A DNA stretch of 64,000 nucleotides from the human T2T-CHM13v2.0 reference genome, Homo sapiens (GCF_009914755.1 NC_060929.1); one strand, 5' to 3'. Numbered from the stretch's first letter, positions 13,663 through 26,152 are shown. Program-made: numbers and translations. Notes: generated by a model not told the origin, from the sequence alone.

Positions 13663-14251
13663 TGTTACCTGGGATAATGGCTATGTGACATAGCTGAATT
13701 TCTACCCTGCCCTAACTCTGCTTATCTTTAAGAAACAAGACGCCTATGATTAAAATTCTCGTTGTAATCAGACTGGTTAGAACCAGACCTCTTTGTTTTG
13801 AGATTGTTTAGAACCAAGATAGCCAATTAAATGACTTCAAAAAGACCTCAGGCTTTATTATAATCTATTTCTACACTAAATGACACTACCTTCAGTGCCA
13901 TGACAGTTGACAATTGCTGTGACAATGACCAAAAGAAGCCATAAAAGGAAGAAAAAGGGAGGAAGCACTCCATTTCCAAAAAGTTCACCACCCATTTACA
14001 AAAAAAGACATGAATATCCTTTCCCTCACTTTTAATGTCCACCCCATGCATTAGAGATACCCCATATTTTAACCCACTCACCATTTGCTAGTCAAGAAGT
14101 TGACTCATGAGCCATGCTCCCACTTCTCAATTCCATGACCATTAAATAAGTCTGTACTGCTTGAAAATCACTTTCAGTTTCCCACATTTGGTTTCATGAC
14201 ACTGAACAGGGAAAGACTCCATCTTATAGGGGACCAGCTTTGTCAGTAACA
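13663..14251 (+). mobile_element. 5' LTR of the provirus
   Basis: tgttac...tgtcagtaaca; alignable to 20270-20821 throughout (shared 'tgacatagctgaatttctaccc', 'aactctgcttatctttaagaaaca'). Confidence 0.92.
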
Positions 14252-14369
14252 GAACTGGTTAACCAGTGTGGGGCCCTGGACTAAATGGTCCACCTCCCTA
14301 TATGGGAAGCCCCTTATCTCCCTGGAGACCCAGCAACTGGCACCCAACAGCATCAGCTGACAAAGAATT

Positions 14370-14717
14370 CTGACCTATACAGAATATTCCATCCGACAGA
14401 ATACACATTCTTCTCAAGAACATACAAAACATTCTCCAGGATAGATTGATGTTAGGTAACAATATTAATGTTAGCAAATTTGAAAAGATCAAATTATATC
14501 AATAATCTTTTCCAGTCACAATCAATAACAACAGAAATTTTGGTAAATTTGCAAATACCCAGAAGTTAAACAGTATGTCCCAGAACAACCAATTAAAAGG
14601 GAAGTTTAAAATATCGTGAGACAAACAAAATGGAAACACAGCATATCATAACTTATGGGATGCAGCAAAAACAGTTCTAAAAAAATGTTCATACCAATAA
14701 ACACCTACATCAAAGAA
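14370..14717 (+). mobile_element. L1 ORF2 endonuclease-region fragment inside the proviral leader
   Basis: 'gaatacacattcttctcaag...ttctccaggataga'; the 3' part duplicates 12481-12625. Confidence 0.85.
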
Positions 14718-15095
14718 TGTACGTTTATCCTGTCTCTCGGTGCCAGGGATCAGCTTTGAGGAATGTAATATATTATTGTTGTGATGGAGTAAGCAGGCAG
14801 GCAAAGGGTTATAAAACTGTACTGGGAAGGACCCGCTGAGCAATGTACGATGGGACATTTTCCCAGGATTATGGTTCTGCATGGGGACTCCTGGCACCAC
14901 ATTACTGTCCCAACCTCAGTAAATGGGTCCTTACGTCCCAAGACTCCCTTAAGTGTCTCAGCAAAGGTGAGAAAGGAACTGAAGGGTGGCTATGCCCCAA
15001 ATAGAGGGCCTGAAAAAGGTTCTTGAAAAGATGAGAGAAGAACTGAAGGGCTGACAGTCCAGACTGCAGGATTAGGAAATAGCCTATAGGTAAAT

Positions 15096-15140
15096 TGTGT
15101 GTGTGTGTGTGTGTTTGTGTTTGTGTGTGTGTGTGTGTGT
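15096..15140. repeat. (TG)n microsatellite
   Basis: Directly visible. Confidence 0.95.
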
Positions 15141-16127
15141 CCTTCTCTGTTTCTCTCTGTTTACTCCTCTTAGTGTTTGTTCTCTTACATCCGTAAAAAC
15201 CTCCAACATACCATTTTTCTTGCACTGGAGAAGCTTGGGTTTCATCCTTCTTGGAAAACACCTCCTCCTACTCTTTGACAAAGCCACAAGGACAAGGTGG
15301 CCTTGGCTACTCTCCTAAAAGGAGAAGTGCCAAGGATGCCTAGCTGGCCTTCAAGGAGATATCAGGGATGCCTGCATGCAATGATAAATAGTAGCTTTGT
15401 GCACGGTAAGAAATATTTAGAGTTCAAATGGCTAGCCTGCACTTATTGAGTTAAGTAGTTTTCTAAAGCTATCTTCCTCTCTTTTCTTTGCCTGCTGTGA
15501 ATCCCCTGTTATTCAGTTGCTGGTGCTGAGATAAGACTTATTATTTCTGGTCTAACTGAAATGGAGACATTGAAAACCCATTTGAAACTGAAAAAAAAAA
15601 CTGTAAAGGAGGATTACAAAAAAAAAAAACTGCCATAAATACTGCTTTACCCAAATTTTCCAATTAAAAAAAATTAAATCCACTATTTTATCACTTATAA
15701 AATGGTGAGTCTGTATTGTATCTCATGGCTAAAATTCTGAGGTAAAAGCTCTTGGATCTTTGTGTATGTACAGATGTATTATCTTATGTGGGAAGTCTAG
15801 CATACCACCAAAGTGGCTTATAACTAAATAAGTACTCATGAATTAGGTAAGTCCAAATGCTCTTCAAGTTCACAAGAATTTAGTAATCTTTGATAAAAAT
15901 GGTTTTCAAATTAATAAAATAAAAATTTTAAACATGTCTTCAATATTGTTAGGATATATTTTTGTCCAGATTTGCTAATTATTTTATATTTAAAACTCAG
16001 TGAAGGGAAACAGAGCCTCTTACCTGCAGGAAAGAAAGACAGGTGGCACGGTTTTGGAAGAGAGGCAGACCCAACATTTTCACATTCCTTCACACTCACC
16101 TTCCAGGATACTGGGCGAGGCCCCAGT

Positions 16128-16928
16128 TGAAATGGGAAAGGTTCCCTTGTCCCCCTAGCAGGGAATGTGATGCGGGTGTGGCTTGCTTCTCCAGTGCCCC
16201 ACTGCTGGAACCTCTAGGGGAGCATACACACAGGCAGGCTGTGGGGCAACAACCCCACGGCAGTGTCTAGGGGTGAACGTTTACAGCTGAAGCCCCAGTG
16301 GGTGTGTGTTACAGGGACCTCTTTTAGTTTCCCTCTATAGGTGACTTGTGATAACCAGCTCAATTAGACCCCCTTCCTTATCACAAGGACAGAACGATTT
16401 CTGTATCCCAGGGTTTCTTGCCTTGGTGTACCAGAAAAATCAGATCACACGTGGGCTTGGAGAAGGAGTGCAAGGTTTTATTGAGTAGAAGTAGCTCTCA
16501 GCAGATGGGGGAGTCAGAGGGGAGATGGTTTTCCCCTGGAGTTGGGCAGACTTTCTCTGACTGCCCTAGCTAAACTCTGCCTCATCCCACTAGTGGATGG
16601 CCTGTGATGTGCTAGCGTGCCTGCCTGCATCTGTCGGTATGCTCTTCTGATGGCATGCTCCCTCCCCATCCTCTCACGTCCAGCCACTTGTGTCTTCTTC
16701 TGCTGATGTGTTCCTCTTGATATCTGGCTGCCTGTGTGTCTGCCCACTAAGATCTTGGGTTTTTATAGGCCTAGGATAGGGGCCTGGTGGGTCAGGATGG
16801 TCTTGAAAAATGCAACATTTGGGCATGAAAGCAGGAGTGCCTGTCCTCACCTAGTTTCATGGGGGTGAAGCCCTTGCCAGGGACCTGCCTGTCTCTACCC
16901 AGCACTGCCCTGCCCCACTCCTATATCA
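16128..16928 (-). mobile_element. LTR1/MER52-family ERV1 solo LTR nested in the provirus
   Basis: Reverse complement starts TGATATAGGAGTGGGGCAGGGCAGTGCTGGGTAGAG and ends GGGAACCTTTCCCATTTCA; ~800 bp; 4-bp TSD cagt/ctgt. Confidence 0.85.
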
Positions 16929-16932
16929 CTGT

Positions 16933-19300
16933 GTGGACCCAGGCATCCAAAAACTCCCCCACAATATTTAGAGAAGCCTTAGCTAGGGACCTGGAGCACC
17001 TGATTCTTCTGAATGGATGGCACAATTTGACCAGCATTCTGAAAACTTAAAACCCAACTCACGAGGCCACCACCATTAGCCCTAACCAACCTAAACAAAC
17101 CTTTTCATCTTTATGTTTCATAAGAGGAAGGAATTGCTCTAGTAATACTAACTTGAAGGTTGGGCCCACTGACCTGGATAAACGATCTACTTTTCCAAGC
17201 AACTGGAATTACTTGCTAAACACTGGACTCCCTTGCCTTGGGTCAGTGTCAGTCACTGCCCTCCTTTTAAAAGAAGCAGAAAAGTTAACCTTTGGCCAAC
17301 CCCTAACTATCTGGACTCCCCACCATACCCAGACCTTCATGAATGAAAGCAGGGCAGAATGGCTGTCCCCAGGCAATACTCTCCAGTTACAGACAACCAT
17401 CACATAACTCTGAAGGTATCTAATAGCTTGAACACAGCCACACTCCTTCCACCTGAAGATGGTCACTTATCTCACAACTGCTCAGAGGTGATGGAGTAAG
17501 TTTACTCCAGTAGGCCGGACCTTAAATGTGAATCTATTGAGAATGCAGAATCCCAGTGGTTCCCCAATGGGAGAGGCTATATGCAAAAGGAACAGGGGAG
17601 GGCCGGCTGTGCTATGGTCTCTCTCACTGATACCGTAGAAGCAGGCACTCTTCTACCAGGATGCTCTTAGCCTGCACCGTCAAGCCCGCACTGCTTGACC
17701 CTCACTTTCAGTTTCATTGTATTGGCTTTGTGATACTGAACAGAGAAAGGCCCCATCTTTTGGGGGACAGAAGGCAGAGCTTATTGCTCTAACCAGGGCA
17801 TAAAAATTGAGTGAAGGGAATGCACTTAAGTATACGCTGATTCCAGGTACTAATATTCCATCTTACACACACACGGCACTAGTTAGAGGAAAAGGGGCAT
17901 GTTATCCTCTGACAATAAACAGGTCAAAAATGGCACCATCATTTTAAGGTTATTAGAGACTGTAAGAAAACTAGCCCAGGTGGCAGTAGTTCATTACTGC
18001 AGCCACCAGAAGTGGGATGTTAAGGTAACCAAAGAAAAGAATAAAGCCAACCTAGTGTCAAAACAGGTGACTTTAGGGAAGGTCACTTTCTAAATGCCAC
18101 CTTCACCTTCTTTCCTGGGTCCCGCTCTTTTGATCCTGTCTTACTCTCAAAAGGAATGGAAAAAAGCCTCCAAATGGGGTTATACCAAAAGTACTGATCA
18201 GTCAAGATGGCTAATAAGCCCTCATGGACAATTTCTTTTCCCAAAAGCAGTTGCCTTGCAGACCGTTAAAACAAAAACCATTCTAACACTCACTGATCAA
18301 GAGGCCCTTTCACTGGCTTTGCAAAAGTATAACTGTCCCAACCCTCAGGGAGCTAATCAAAGAGGTGGTTGAGACTAGCCCCATCTGCTATGTTAATAAC
18401 CCTAATATCCACCTTATGCAGTGGGTGGGGAGAAGGGAAGGGAGCCTACTCAGCTGGTCTAATACCAAGGTAGACACCCAGGGAAAGATTGGTAAATCGG
18501 TTTCACAGTTATGCCCAGGGGCTTTAAAAACGTATATACCTCCTGGTTCTTACAGACACCTTTTCAGGATGGGTAGAAGCCTTTGCCACCCACACTGAAA
18601 TTGCACATGAGGTGGCAAACGTCCCCAGATTCAAGCTGCCTTGGTCAATCCACAGTGATAATAAACCAGCATTTATAGCTTTCATTACTAAGGCTGCTTC
18701 TTGGAGCTTAGAAATAAAATGATCTCTACATACCACCTGGAGACCACAGTCTCAGGCAAAATAGAGCACACCAACCAGACCCTTAAAAGGACTTTAGCCA
18801 AAGTAAGCCAGAAAACCCATCTCCCATGGATTTCATTACTCCCCACAGCCTTGTTAAAAATAAGAAAAACTCCAAAAGGAAAAATCAAACTGAGCCCTTA
18901 TGAGCTAATGTATGGCCAACTGGTCCAGGTCTGGTAAGGTAACCAGGAGGTCCTCAGAAACATGAAAAAAATAAAATATGCTACCAAGGTTAGAAAAATA
19001 ATAAAGGCCTTTCAGGAATACAGAATTCAAGGATTACCTTCATCATCTCATTTGGCCCTTCATCTTTTACAACCCAGGACTGGGTTTTGTTAAAAACCTA
19101 AAAGTGGGAAGACCACAAGATTATTTAGAACCTAAATAGACAAGACCTTATCTGGTAATTCTCACAACTAACTCTGCCTTAGAGTTACAGGGAGTGACGC
19201 CTTGGGTCCACCACACCCAGATAAAGGCAGCCACAGAACCTAAGGAAGAAAGTGCCACTTACCGAGCTGAAGCACTCTCAGACCTAAGGTTCCTTTTCAA
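16933..19300 (+). pseudogene. pol: ERV pol remnant (RT fragment, connection, RNase H, integrase)
   Basis: Translated motifs: KNSPTIFREALARDL; KPFHLYV; EAEKLTFGQPL; QKAELIALTRA; YLLVLTDTFSGWVEAF; IHSDNKPAF; SGKIEHTNQTLK; LSPYELMYG; PWVHHTQIK. Many stops and frameshifts. Confidence 0.92.
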
Positions 19301-19304
19301 AAGG

Positions 19305-20090
19305 ATGGACAAGAAACCTCAAACAGATAGGTTACCTTGGGCCCGCGTATACTTTTCTGTCAGGACTTAATCTACTTGTCTTGCTTGCAGGTATTCAGGT
19401 ATTCTAAGCTTTGCTCTTGGAGTCACCTTGTTTCATCCAGAGTCTACCCCTGTTTGGAAAACACATGACATCAAGGAGAGTGCAGTTAGAGAACCTAACG
19501 CCCAGACAAGTCAAAATATTTAATTGTTTTCCATTCCCTTCTTGCTCAAGGAATAAAACGGCGATTAGGCTTATTCTGGCTGGCATCAGGATAGTGGGCA
19601 GTCTCCTTGCCCCTTAGGGAAGGTTTGCCTACAATAAAGTTACCCTCCACAACTTTGAAACAGTTATAGAAACTTCAGCCTATAAGACCAGCGATGGCGT
19701 TATCTGCCTCACAGTCTCCCCAGACTTACTAGCCAATATCGTGCGTTATAACCATCCGGCTCTTGATGACCTCTTGGCAGAACAAGGTAGGGTGTGTGTA
19801 GTCACCAACACTTCCTGTTGTGCTTGGGTAAATAATTTTAGATAAATTAAAAAATACATTAAAGTCATCTACAACCAGACCAAGTGGTTGCACCAATTTA
19901 ACCAAAAGGGCATGGGCCCTCAGGGAATATGGAAAAATTATAAAACAGGCCATCTCTAATCTCACATGGTTCTTACCCTTCCTGGGCACTTTAGCTGATA
20001 TCCTACTTCTCTTGATCTTTGGGCCCCGTTTCTTAAACTGCCTTGTTTCTTTTGTGTCTAAGCAAGTTGAGGCCATATAGCAATATGAAC
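19305..20090 (+). pseudogene. env: ERV env remnant (TM subunit; SU mostly missing)
   Basis: Fusion-peptide-like AIRLILAGIRIVGSLLAP; ISD-like LANIVRYNHPALDDLLAEQGRV then CX6CC (CVVTNTSCC) from 19729; membrane span LTWFLPFLGTLADILLLLIFGP; in-frame stops. Confidence 0.9.
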
Positions 20091-20251
20091 AGCTAGGCTT
20101 ATACCCAGGAGATAACTAGACCTACCCAAGACTAGCTAGGAAAGATTTCACTGCTCTAATGGGTCCCATATCAACACCTGGATTCAGCTTAAAGAAGTTA
20201 TAGAAGATGGACCTTCATCCCTTCATACCCCTCAAGAATGAGGAGTAAATG

Positions 20252-20269
20252 TAGAGAAAAGGAGGAATT
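20252..20269 (+). other. Polypurine tract of the provirus
   Basis: 'agagaaaaggaggaa' immediately 5' of the 3' LTR. Confidence 0.8.
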
Positions 20270-20821
20270 TGTTACACAGTTTAATGGTAATATGACATAG
20301 CTGAATTTCTACCCAGCTTTAACTCTGCTTATCTTTAAGAAACAGGACACCTGTAATAAAAAATTCCCTTTGTAACCTTTATGAGCTGAGACTGGTAAGA
20401 ACCAAGACAGCCAATCAAAACACTTCAAAAAGACCTCAGGCTCCATTATGATCACATTTCCATGCTAAATGGCACCATGACCACTGACAATCACCATGAC
20501 AATGACCAAAAGAAGCCATGAAAGGACAAAAGGAAAGGCAGCTCTCAGGTTCTGGGACATTTCCCTCCCATTACCAGAAAAGACATGAATATTCCTCTTC
20601 TCACTTTTAAGGCGAACCCTTTCATTAGAGAAATCCTATATTTTAACCCTTTCACCCCTCACTAGTTGAGAAGTTGATTTGTGAGCCATGCTTTTACTTC
20701 TCAATCCCATGGCCATTGAATAAAGCCTGCACTGCTTGACAATTTCAGTTTTAGATATTGGCTTTGTGATACTGAACAGAGAAGGACCCCATCTTTTGGG
20801 GAACCAGCTTTGTCAGTAACA
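20270..20821 (+). mobile_element. 3' LTR of the provirus
   Basis: tgttac...tgtcagtaaca; AATAAA at 20719-20724. Confidence 0.92.
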
Positions 20822-22460
20822 GAGTTAATACCAATTCTCTACAAACTTTTCAAGAAATTAAAGAGAAGGGAACACTTCTAAACTCTGTTTACAAGGCCGA
20901 TATTTTTCTGATACCAAAGCCAGACAAGGACATCACATGAAAAGAAAACTACAGGCCAATGTCATTAATGAACGTGATGCAAAACTCCACAACTAAATAC
21001 TAGCAAACTGAATTCAGCAACACATTAAAAGGATCATTCACCATAATCCAGAGAGATTCGTCCCTAAGATACAAGGATGATTCAACATTCACAAATTGAT
21101 AAATATGATACACCACATCAGCAGAATAAAGGACAAAAATCATATGGACAAAAATCACCTCAAAGTGTATTAAAGACTTTAAACATAAGACTTGAAACTA
21201 TGAAACTGCTAGAGGAAAACATAGGAGAAAAACTCCATTACATTGATTTGGGCAATGATTTTTTTAGATTTGACCCTAAAAGCATAGGCAACAAAAGCAA
21301 AAGTACACAAATGGAGTTACATCAAAATTTAAAAGTGTCTGCACAATAAAAGAAACAATGAACTTACAGTTTGGGAGAAATATTTGCAAGTCATATATCT
21401 GATAAGAGATCTATCTCCAAAATATAGAAGGAACCCAAACAATTCCATAGAAGAAAAACAAATACTGTGATTAAGAAATGAACAAAGGACCTGAATAGAC
21501 ATTTCTCAAAAAAGACATACGAATGGCTATTAGATATATGAGAAAGTGCTCAACATTACTAATCATAAGAAGATGCAAATTAAAATGACTTCACAACTGT
21601 TAGAATGTCTATTATCAGAAGACAAATGATAACAAGTGTTGGCAAGGATGTAGAGACAAGAGAACCCTTATACACTGTTGGTGAGGATGTAAATCAGCAC
21701 AACCATTATGAAAAACAGTTTGGAGATTCCTTAAAAAACTAAAAATAGAATTATCATATGACCTAGCAATCCCACTACTGGGTATTTACCCAAAGATTTG
21801 AAATCAGAATGTCAAAGACATGTCTGCATTTCTGTATTCACTGTAGCACTATTCACTATAGCCAAGAAGTGTCCATCAAGGTATGAAAGGATAAAGAAAA
21901 TGTGGTATACATACACTATGGAATATTATTCAGCCTTAAAAAGGAAAGAAATTCTGTCAATTGTGACAATGTGGATGAAACTAGAGAACATTAGGCTAAA
22001 TGAAATAGCCAAACACAGAAAGCAAAATATCATGTGTTCTCACTTATATGTGAAATCTAAAACTATTTAACTCATAGAAGCAGAGAGTAGAAAGCTGATT
22101 GCAGGGGCTGGGGCAGGGTGGAGAACAGGGAGATGGTAACTGAAGAGTACAAGCCTCTTAGATAGGAGGAATAAGTTTGATTTATTTTGTTTGTTTGTTT
22201 GTTTGTTTTTTTTGGAGATCCATTGCACAGCATGGTAAACATAGCTTATAATTGACTACTATAGATTTCAGTATTGCTAAGAGAGTAAATTTCAAATGCT
22301 GTCACAAAATAATAGTAATACTTGAGGTGATAGATGTTAATTAGCATGATTTATGCATTCTACATTGTATTCCAAAATCATAACATACTTTTTACCCCAT
22401 AAGTATATTTAAGCATTATATATATACACCTATAGTTTATCAATGTAATACAAATAAAAT
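20822..22460 (+). mobile_element. L1MA (MA5-8-like) remainder: ORF2 3' part and 3' UTR
   Basis: Resumes 'taataccaattctctacaaac'; C-terminal ORF2 remnant (ORF 21798-22070, MWYTYTMEYYSALK); L1MA 3' UTR 'gataggaggaataagtt...ttgctaagagagta'. Confidence 0.9.
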
Positions 22461-23749
22461 ACCCAAAACTACAAAATCATATTCAGGTCCCCCGGATTAT
22501 ACCATTTCAACTTAAATCTTAAAATACAAGCAAATAAACAAACACAAATTCTCCATTTTAAAAAAAAATAACTCTCTTTTTAAAATGTCTCATTTTATCA
22601 CAGTTTTACAGCAGCAATAGCATGATGCACATAAGCTTGAGTATCCCTTATCAGCTTTCCCGGGAGAAGGATGGCAGAATTAAATTTCCATGCAACACAC
22701 TAAGAAATAACAGGCACAACTTAGAATCAGGGATAAAAATTCAAATGGACTAGATTCTGGGATGAGACACCACCTAGAAAATGTGGCAAACATTAATGTT
22801 TCCAGGCAGTGCCACTCTGCCTTGTGAAATTACCTGGGTCTTTTGGTGTGCTGGCTACTTCTTTGTAAGTGGTTGAGTAAATTCATCATCTCAGTGTCAT
22901 ATGAGCTCACTGTTGGCATGGTTTCAAGAAATCTCATTATTTTTTGATGTCTGTGATGGATTAAAGATGAGAATATTGCTGGCCTAAGGGTTCGTTAGCC
23001 TTGCCTGTCATATTTGTCAGCTACAAAGCAGCTCTGCTGAAGGGTTAGGAGGGCGTTTGGGAGAGTGGGCCATTAAAACACAGTTCCATTACTTACACTC
23101 AGTTAGACTGAGGAAATGGAGGGTAACAAGTGTGAGAGCTGCCCCATGGGATCCATTTTCTTTGTTACACACCCGAAAAGAAAAAATCAAGATGACAGCA
23201 GAATGGCAAGAATCTCTCCCAACATGGGATGGCTACATCTTGTAATTTCTCACTGCGGGTGAAAAGTGCTTGTTTGGGTAACCTCACAGGCCATTCTGGG
23301 AGTTATGTGGCCAGGCAACATCCTGCATGATCAACCCCAATTCTTACGTGAACTGACCTTAGATTGCTCTCTAGCTGCTTAGAGGTGGAACAAGGCTATC
23401 TGTTCTAAGTCCTAGGAACAAAGGCTATTTGTTTCAATCACAACAACACATTGTGATTGAAAATATTAAACAAATTCTCAAAGATATTTTAAATGCCTAA
23501 CATAATGATAGTAAAATTATCTTTAGTGCTATAATTTTTAAGTAGATATTATGTTCAAAAGTTTTCAGGAATGTTGTACATACAAGGTAAAGCAATGAAC
23601 ATCTGCAATGTTACCGAAAAATTGATTACCTAATTCATGGTAATGCCTTCCAGGATTATTTCTCTCATGTTCATGTAGGAGGTGCTACTTATAGATCAGA
23701 CTATCCAGGGATGTAGATACCTTTGGAAATTTCTTCCCTGAAGTCCAAT

Positions 23750-24075
23750 ATAGCCATTTACTGCACCAAGTATTCTAACTGATAATGATATAGCGGTGAA
23801 AAAAAATACAAGTCCTTTCCTTGCTTTCATGAAGCTTACAATTTAATATGGTGACAGACATTAAACAAATCTTATCCTATAAATACATATTCTTATTTGG
23901 TTTAGTTCACTTAAAAATGTGTGTGTATCTACCACTTGTAAAATAATGCGTTAGTAGTTCTGGATTCTACGGACATGAAAACAACACAATCCTTTTGGCC
24001 TGCATGATGCTTACAGTTTTGTGGGAGAGAAAGATATGTAAGCAGATCATTACAATACTTTGTAATACATCTAGG
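23750..24075 (-). mobile_element. L2 fragments
   Basis: Two copies of the antisense L2 motif 'cttgctttcatgaagcttaca' / 'gcatgatgcttacagttttgtgggagaga'. Confidence 0.45.
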
Positions 24076-24249
24076 CTTCTGTCTCATTCAAGAGAATCCC
24101 TTCCCTTCCCCTTCTGCTTCTGCTTCCTTTCCCTTTTCCCTTCCCCTTTCCTTTTCCCTTCCTTCCCCCACCTTCCTTTCTTCTTGCTGTTTATTACATT
24201 GCTAATATATATCAGGGACTATATACTAAGTGAAGTTCAGATAGGATCA

Positions 24250-24450
24250 ATTGTCTGCTTATTATGTGCCAGGCACAGTGCAAATTGTAGTACATGCATT
24301 ATTAACTCAAACAATTCCCAGAATGGTATTATTATTATTATTCCCATTTTATAGAAAGATTAAATAACTGTCTAAAGAGTCAAATGGGAATGCTGACATT
24401 TGAGCAAAGATCTGTGTGATTTCATAGTGTGTGTTCTTATCCACTATATA
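24250..24450 (-). mobile_element. MIR
   Basis: 'ttatgtgccaggcacagtgc...tattattcccattttataga' MIR core. Confidence 0.75.
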
Positions 24451-26019
24451 ACTATATAGGAGATCTGTGTTAGAGTGAGATGTTATTCAAGAAAAAAAAT
24501 AAACCTTAGCCAAAAGTGAATAAAGATAAATTATTTCTATAAAGTGAAAATATGTACCCAAGAAAAATTAAACTTGTCACTTTAATTTATTAACATTGTC
24601 CCCAAATGGATTAACGCTAAAATGTATTTTTAAATAGTACAGTATAAAACCTTTCATTAAGTAATACTATAAAATAGTGTGTATATGTATAGGTACATGT
24701 GTCCCCACACATGCAATTTAAAAAACTTAAGTAAAAATATTTTTATCTTTAAAATAGTAGCTCTGGGCTTAGTGGAAGAATTATTGGGCCTCACTAATTG
24801 CACCAAAAGCAATGGCTGTAACAGTGTAACCCTGAGAAAGTGTTGGTGAGGGCTTGGGGGACATCACCACCTGCTCTGTCAACTCCACATACGCATCCAA
24901 GAGGATGGAGGGAGGCAAGTGGATGGTTGTTGAAGGATTATGTTTTTTGTTATCTTAGTTAACATGGAGGCCACATGAAAATACACATTAGCTCTTTCTA
25001 AGCCAAATTTTCCCCTTGAGGTAGTCACGCAAGTATACAATACAATGCCTTATAGCTTATTCAGTGGTGTTAGAGGGAAACGAAGTTAAAAATGAACTTC
25101 AGGAGCCATGGATCCTCCTGTACCACCTCTGAGGGTGAAAGTCAGTAGAAAGATAGATCAGGCTCTGCCTTGAGATACACACAGGCTAGCAGAACTGAAC
25201 CATCACCTGACACTATGGAGACGACTGAGCTTTGCTGAATGCACTGTTGGTAGGACCATAATGAAGCCAGGTCATTCCTACGCATTTAAATTCTCAGAAA
25301 CACCAAAGCCAAGCAAGTTTCTCTGGATTCACCATGGGCTCTGGCTTAAGAAACAACTCACTCATTCGTTTGCAGGGATGTGCACATCTAACCCACAGCA
25401 CAGGCCATTCACATCTTCTCACTCCCACAGGCTCTTGTAGGGGAACTGTTCTTTACTCAAGAGAAGAATCAGCTGTCTAGAGTCCCTAAGATAAGTAAAC
25501 TAAAAATCTCTGCCTTAAGGCCTATTTGGTAGACAATTGTAAACAAGCTCAGATTTGTACTCCTCACCCTTACAGTGTTATATAATAAACAATTCAAAAC
25601 CTCCAAATTTGATTTTATACATTCAGTGTTTTAAGAATTTAATCTTACTGTGTCAGTCTCCAAATCAATCTCCTAACACATTGTTTTGTCCATCCAACAC
25701 TTACTGAAATTTGTTCAATAATGTATCTCATCTGCACCCCTTACCCATTGTACATACAACTTCTGGCTGCAGGATAGAGTCTACAGTCTAGAAGATTAAG
25801 GAAAAAGTATTGAATCTAAATTCCCAGAATTGTTCCTATAGTATTCCCATGAGTTCAAAGATCCTAGAGTAGAAGGACCATGTCTATTATTTCTTTTGAA
25901 TTCCCAACTGCAATATCTAGCATGGTGCCTTAAACCTAACATGTTTACATTAGCACTTGAGAATATCTGCCTCTTTAATATTTATTATTTATTTTTCATA
26001 CATTATTTTGGGGGGTACT

Positions 26020-26152
26020 TATTTTTTCTATTTATTTATGTAAGTTTTGCAGTATATGTGCAGGATGTACAGGTTTGTTACACAGGTAAACATGTGTCAT
26101 GGTGGTTTGCTGCACCTATCAAATCCTCACCTAAAAATTAACTCCAGCATAC
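26020..26152 (-). mobile_element. Short L1PA 3' end fragment
   Basis: 'tatgtgcaggatgtacaggtttgttacacaggtaaacatgtgtcatggtggtttgctgcacc'. Confidence 0.85.

Larger units (their letters stand above)
13663..20821 (+). mobile_element. Degraded class I (ERV1/gamma-like) endogenous provirus with two LTRs
   Basis: Direct-repeat LTRs TG...CA at 13663-14251 and 20270-20821; polypurine tract before the 3' LTR; RT, RNase H, IN and env TM remnants in retroviral order; interrupts an L1. Confidence 0.92.

Noticed and set aside
13659-14255. First LTR as a solo LTR (gaac on both sides)
   Set aside because: The L1 resumes only at 20822 and a matching LTR with PPT exists, so the second gaac is more likely the LTR-PBS spacer.
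19411-20090. Domesticated syncytin-like env
   Set aside because: SU is missing and there are several in-frame stops.
23995-24354. 119-aa ORF
   Set aside because: It runs through L2, a CT simple repeat and MIR.
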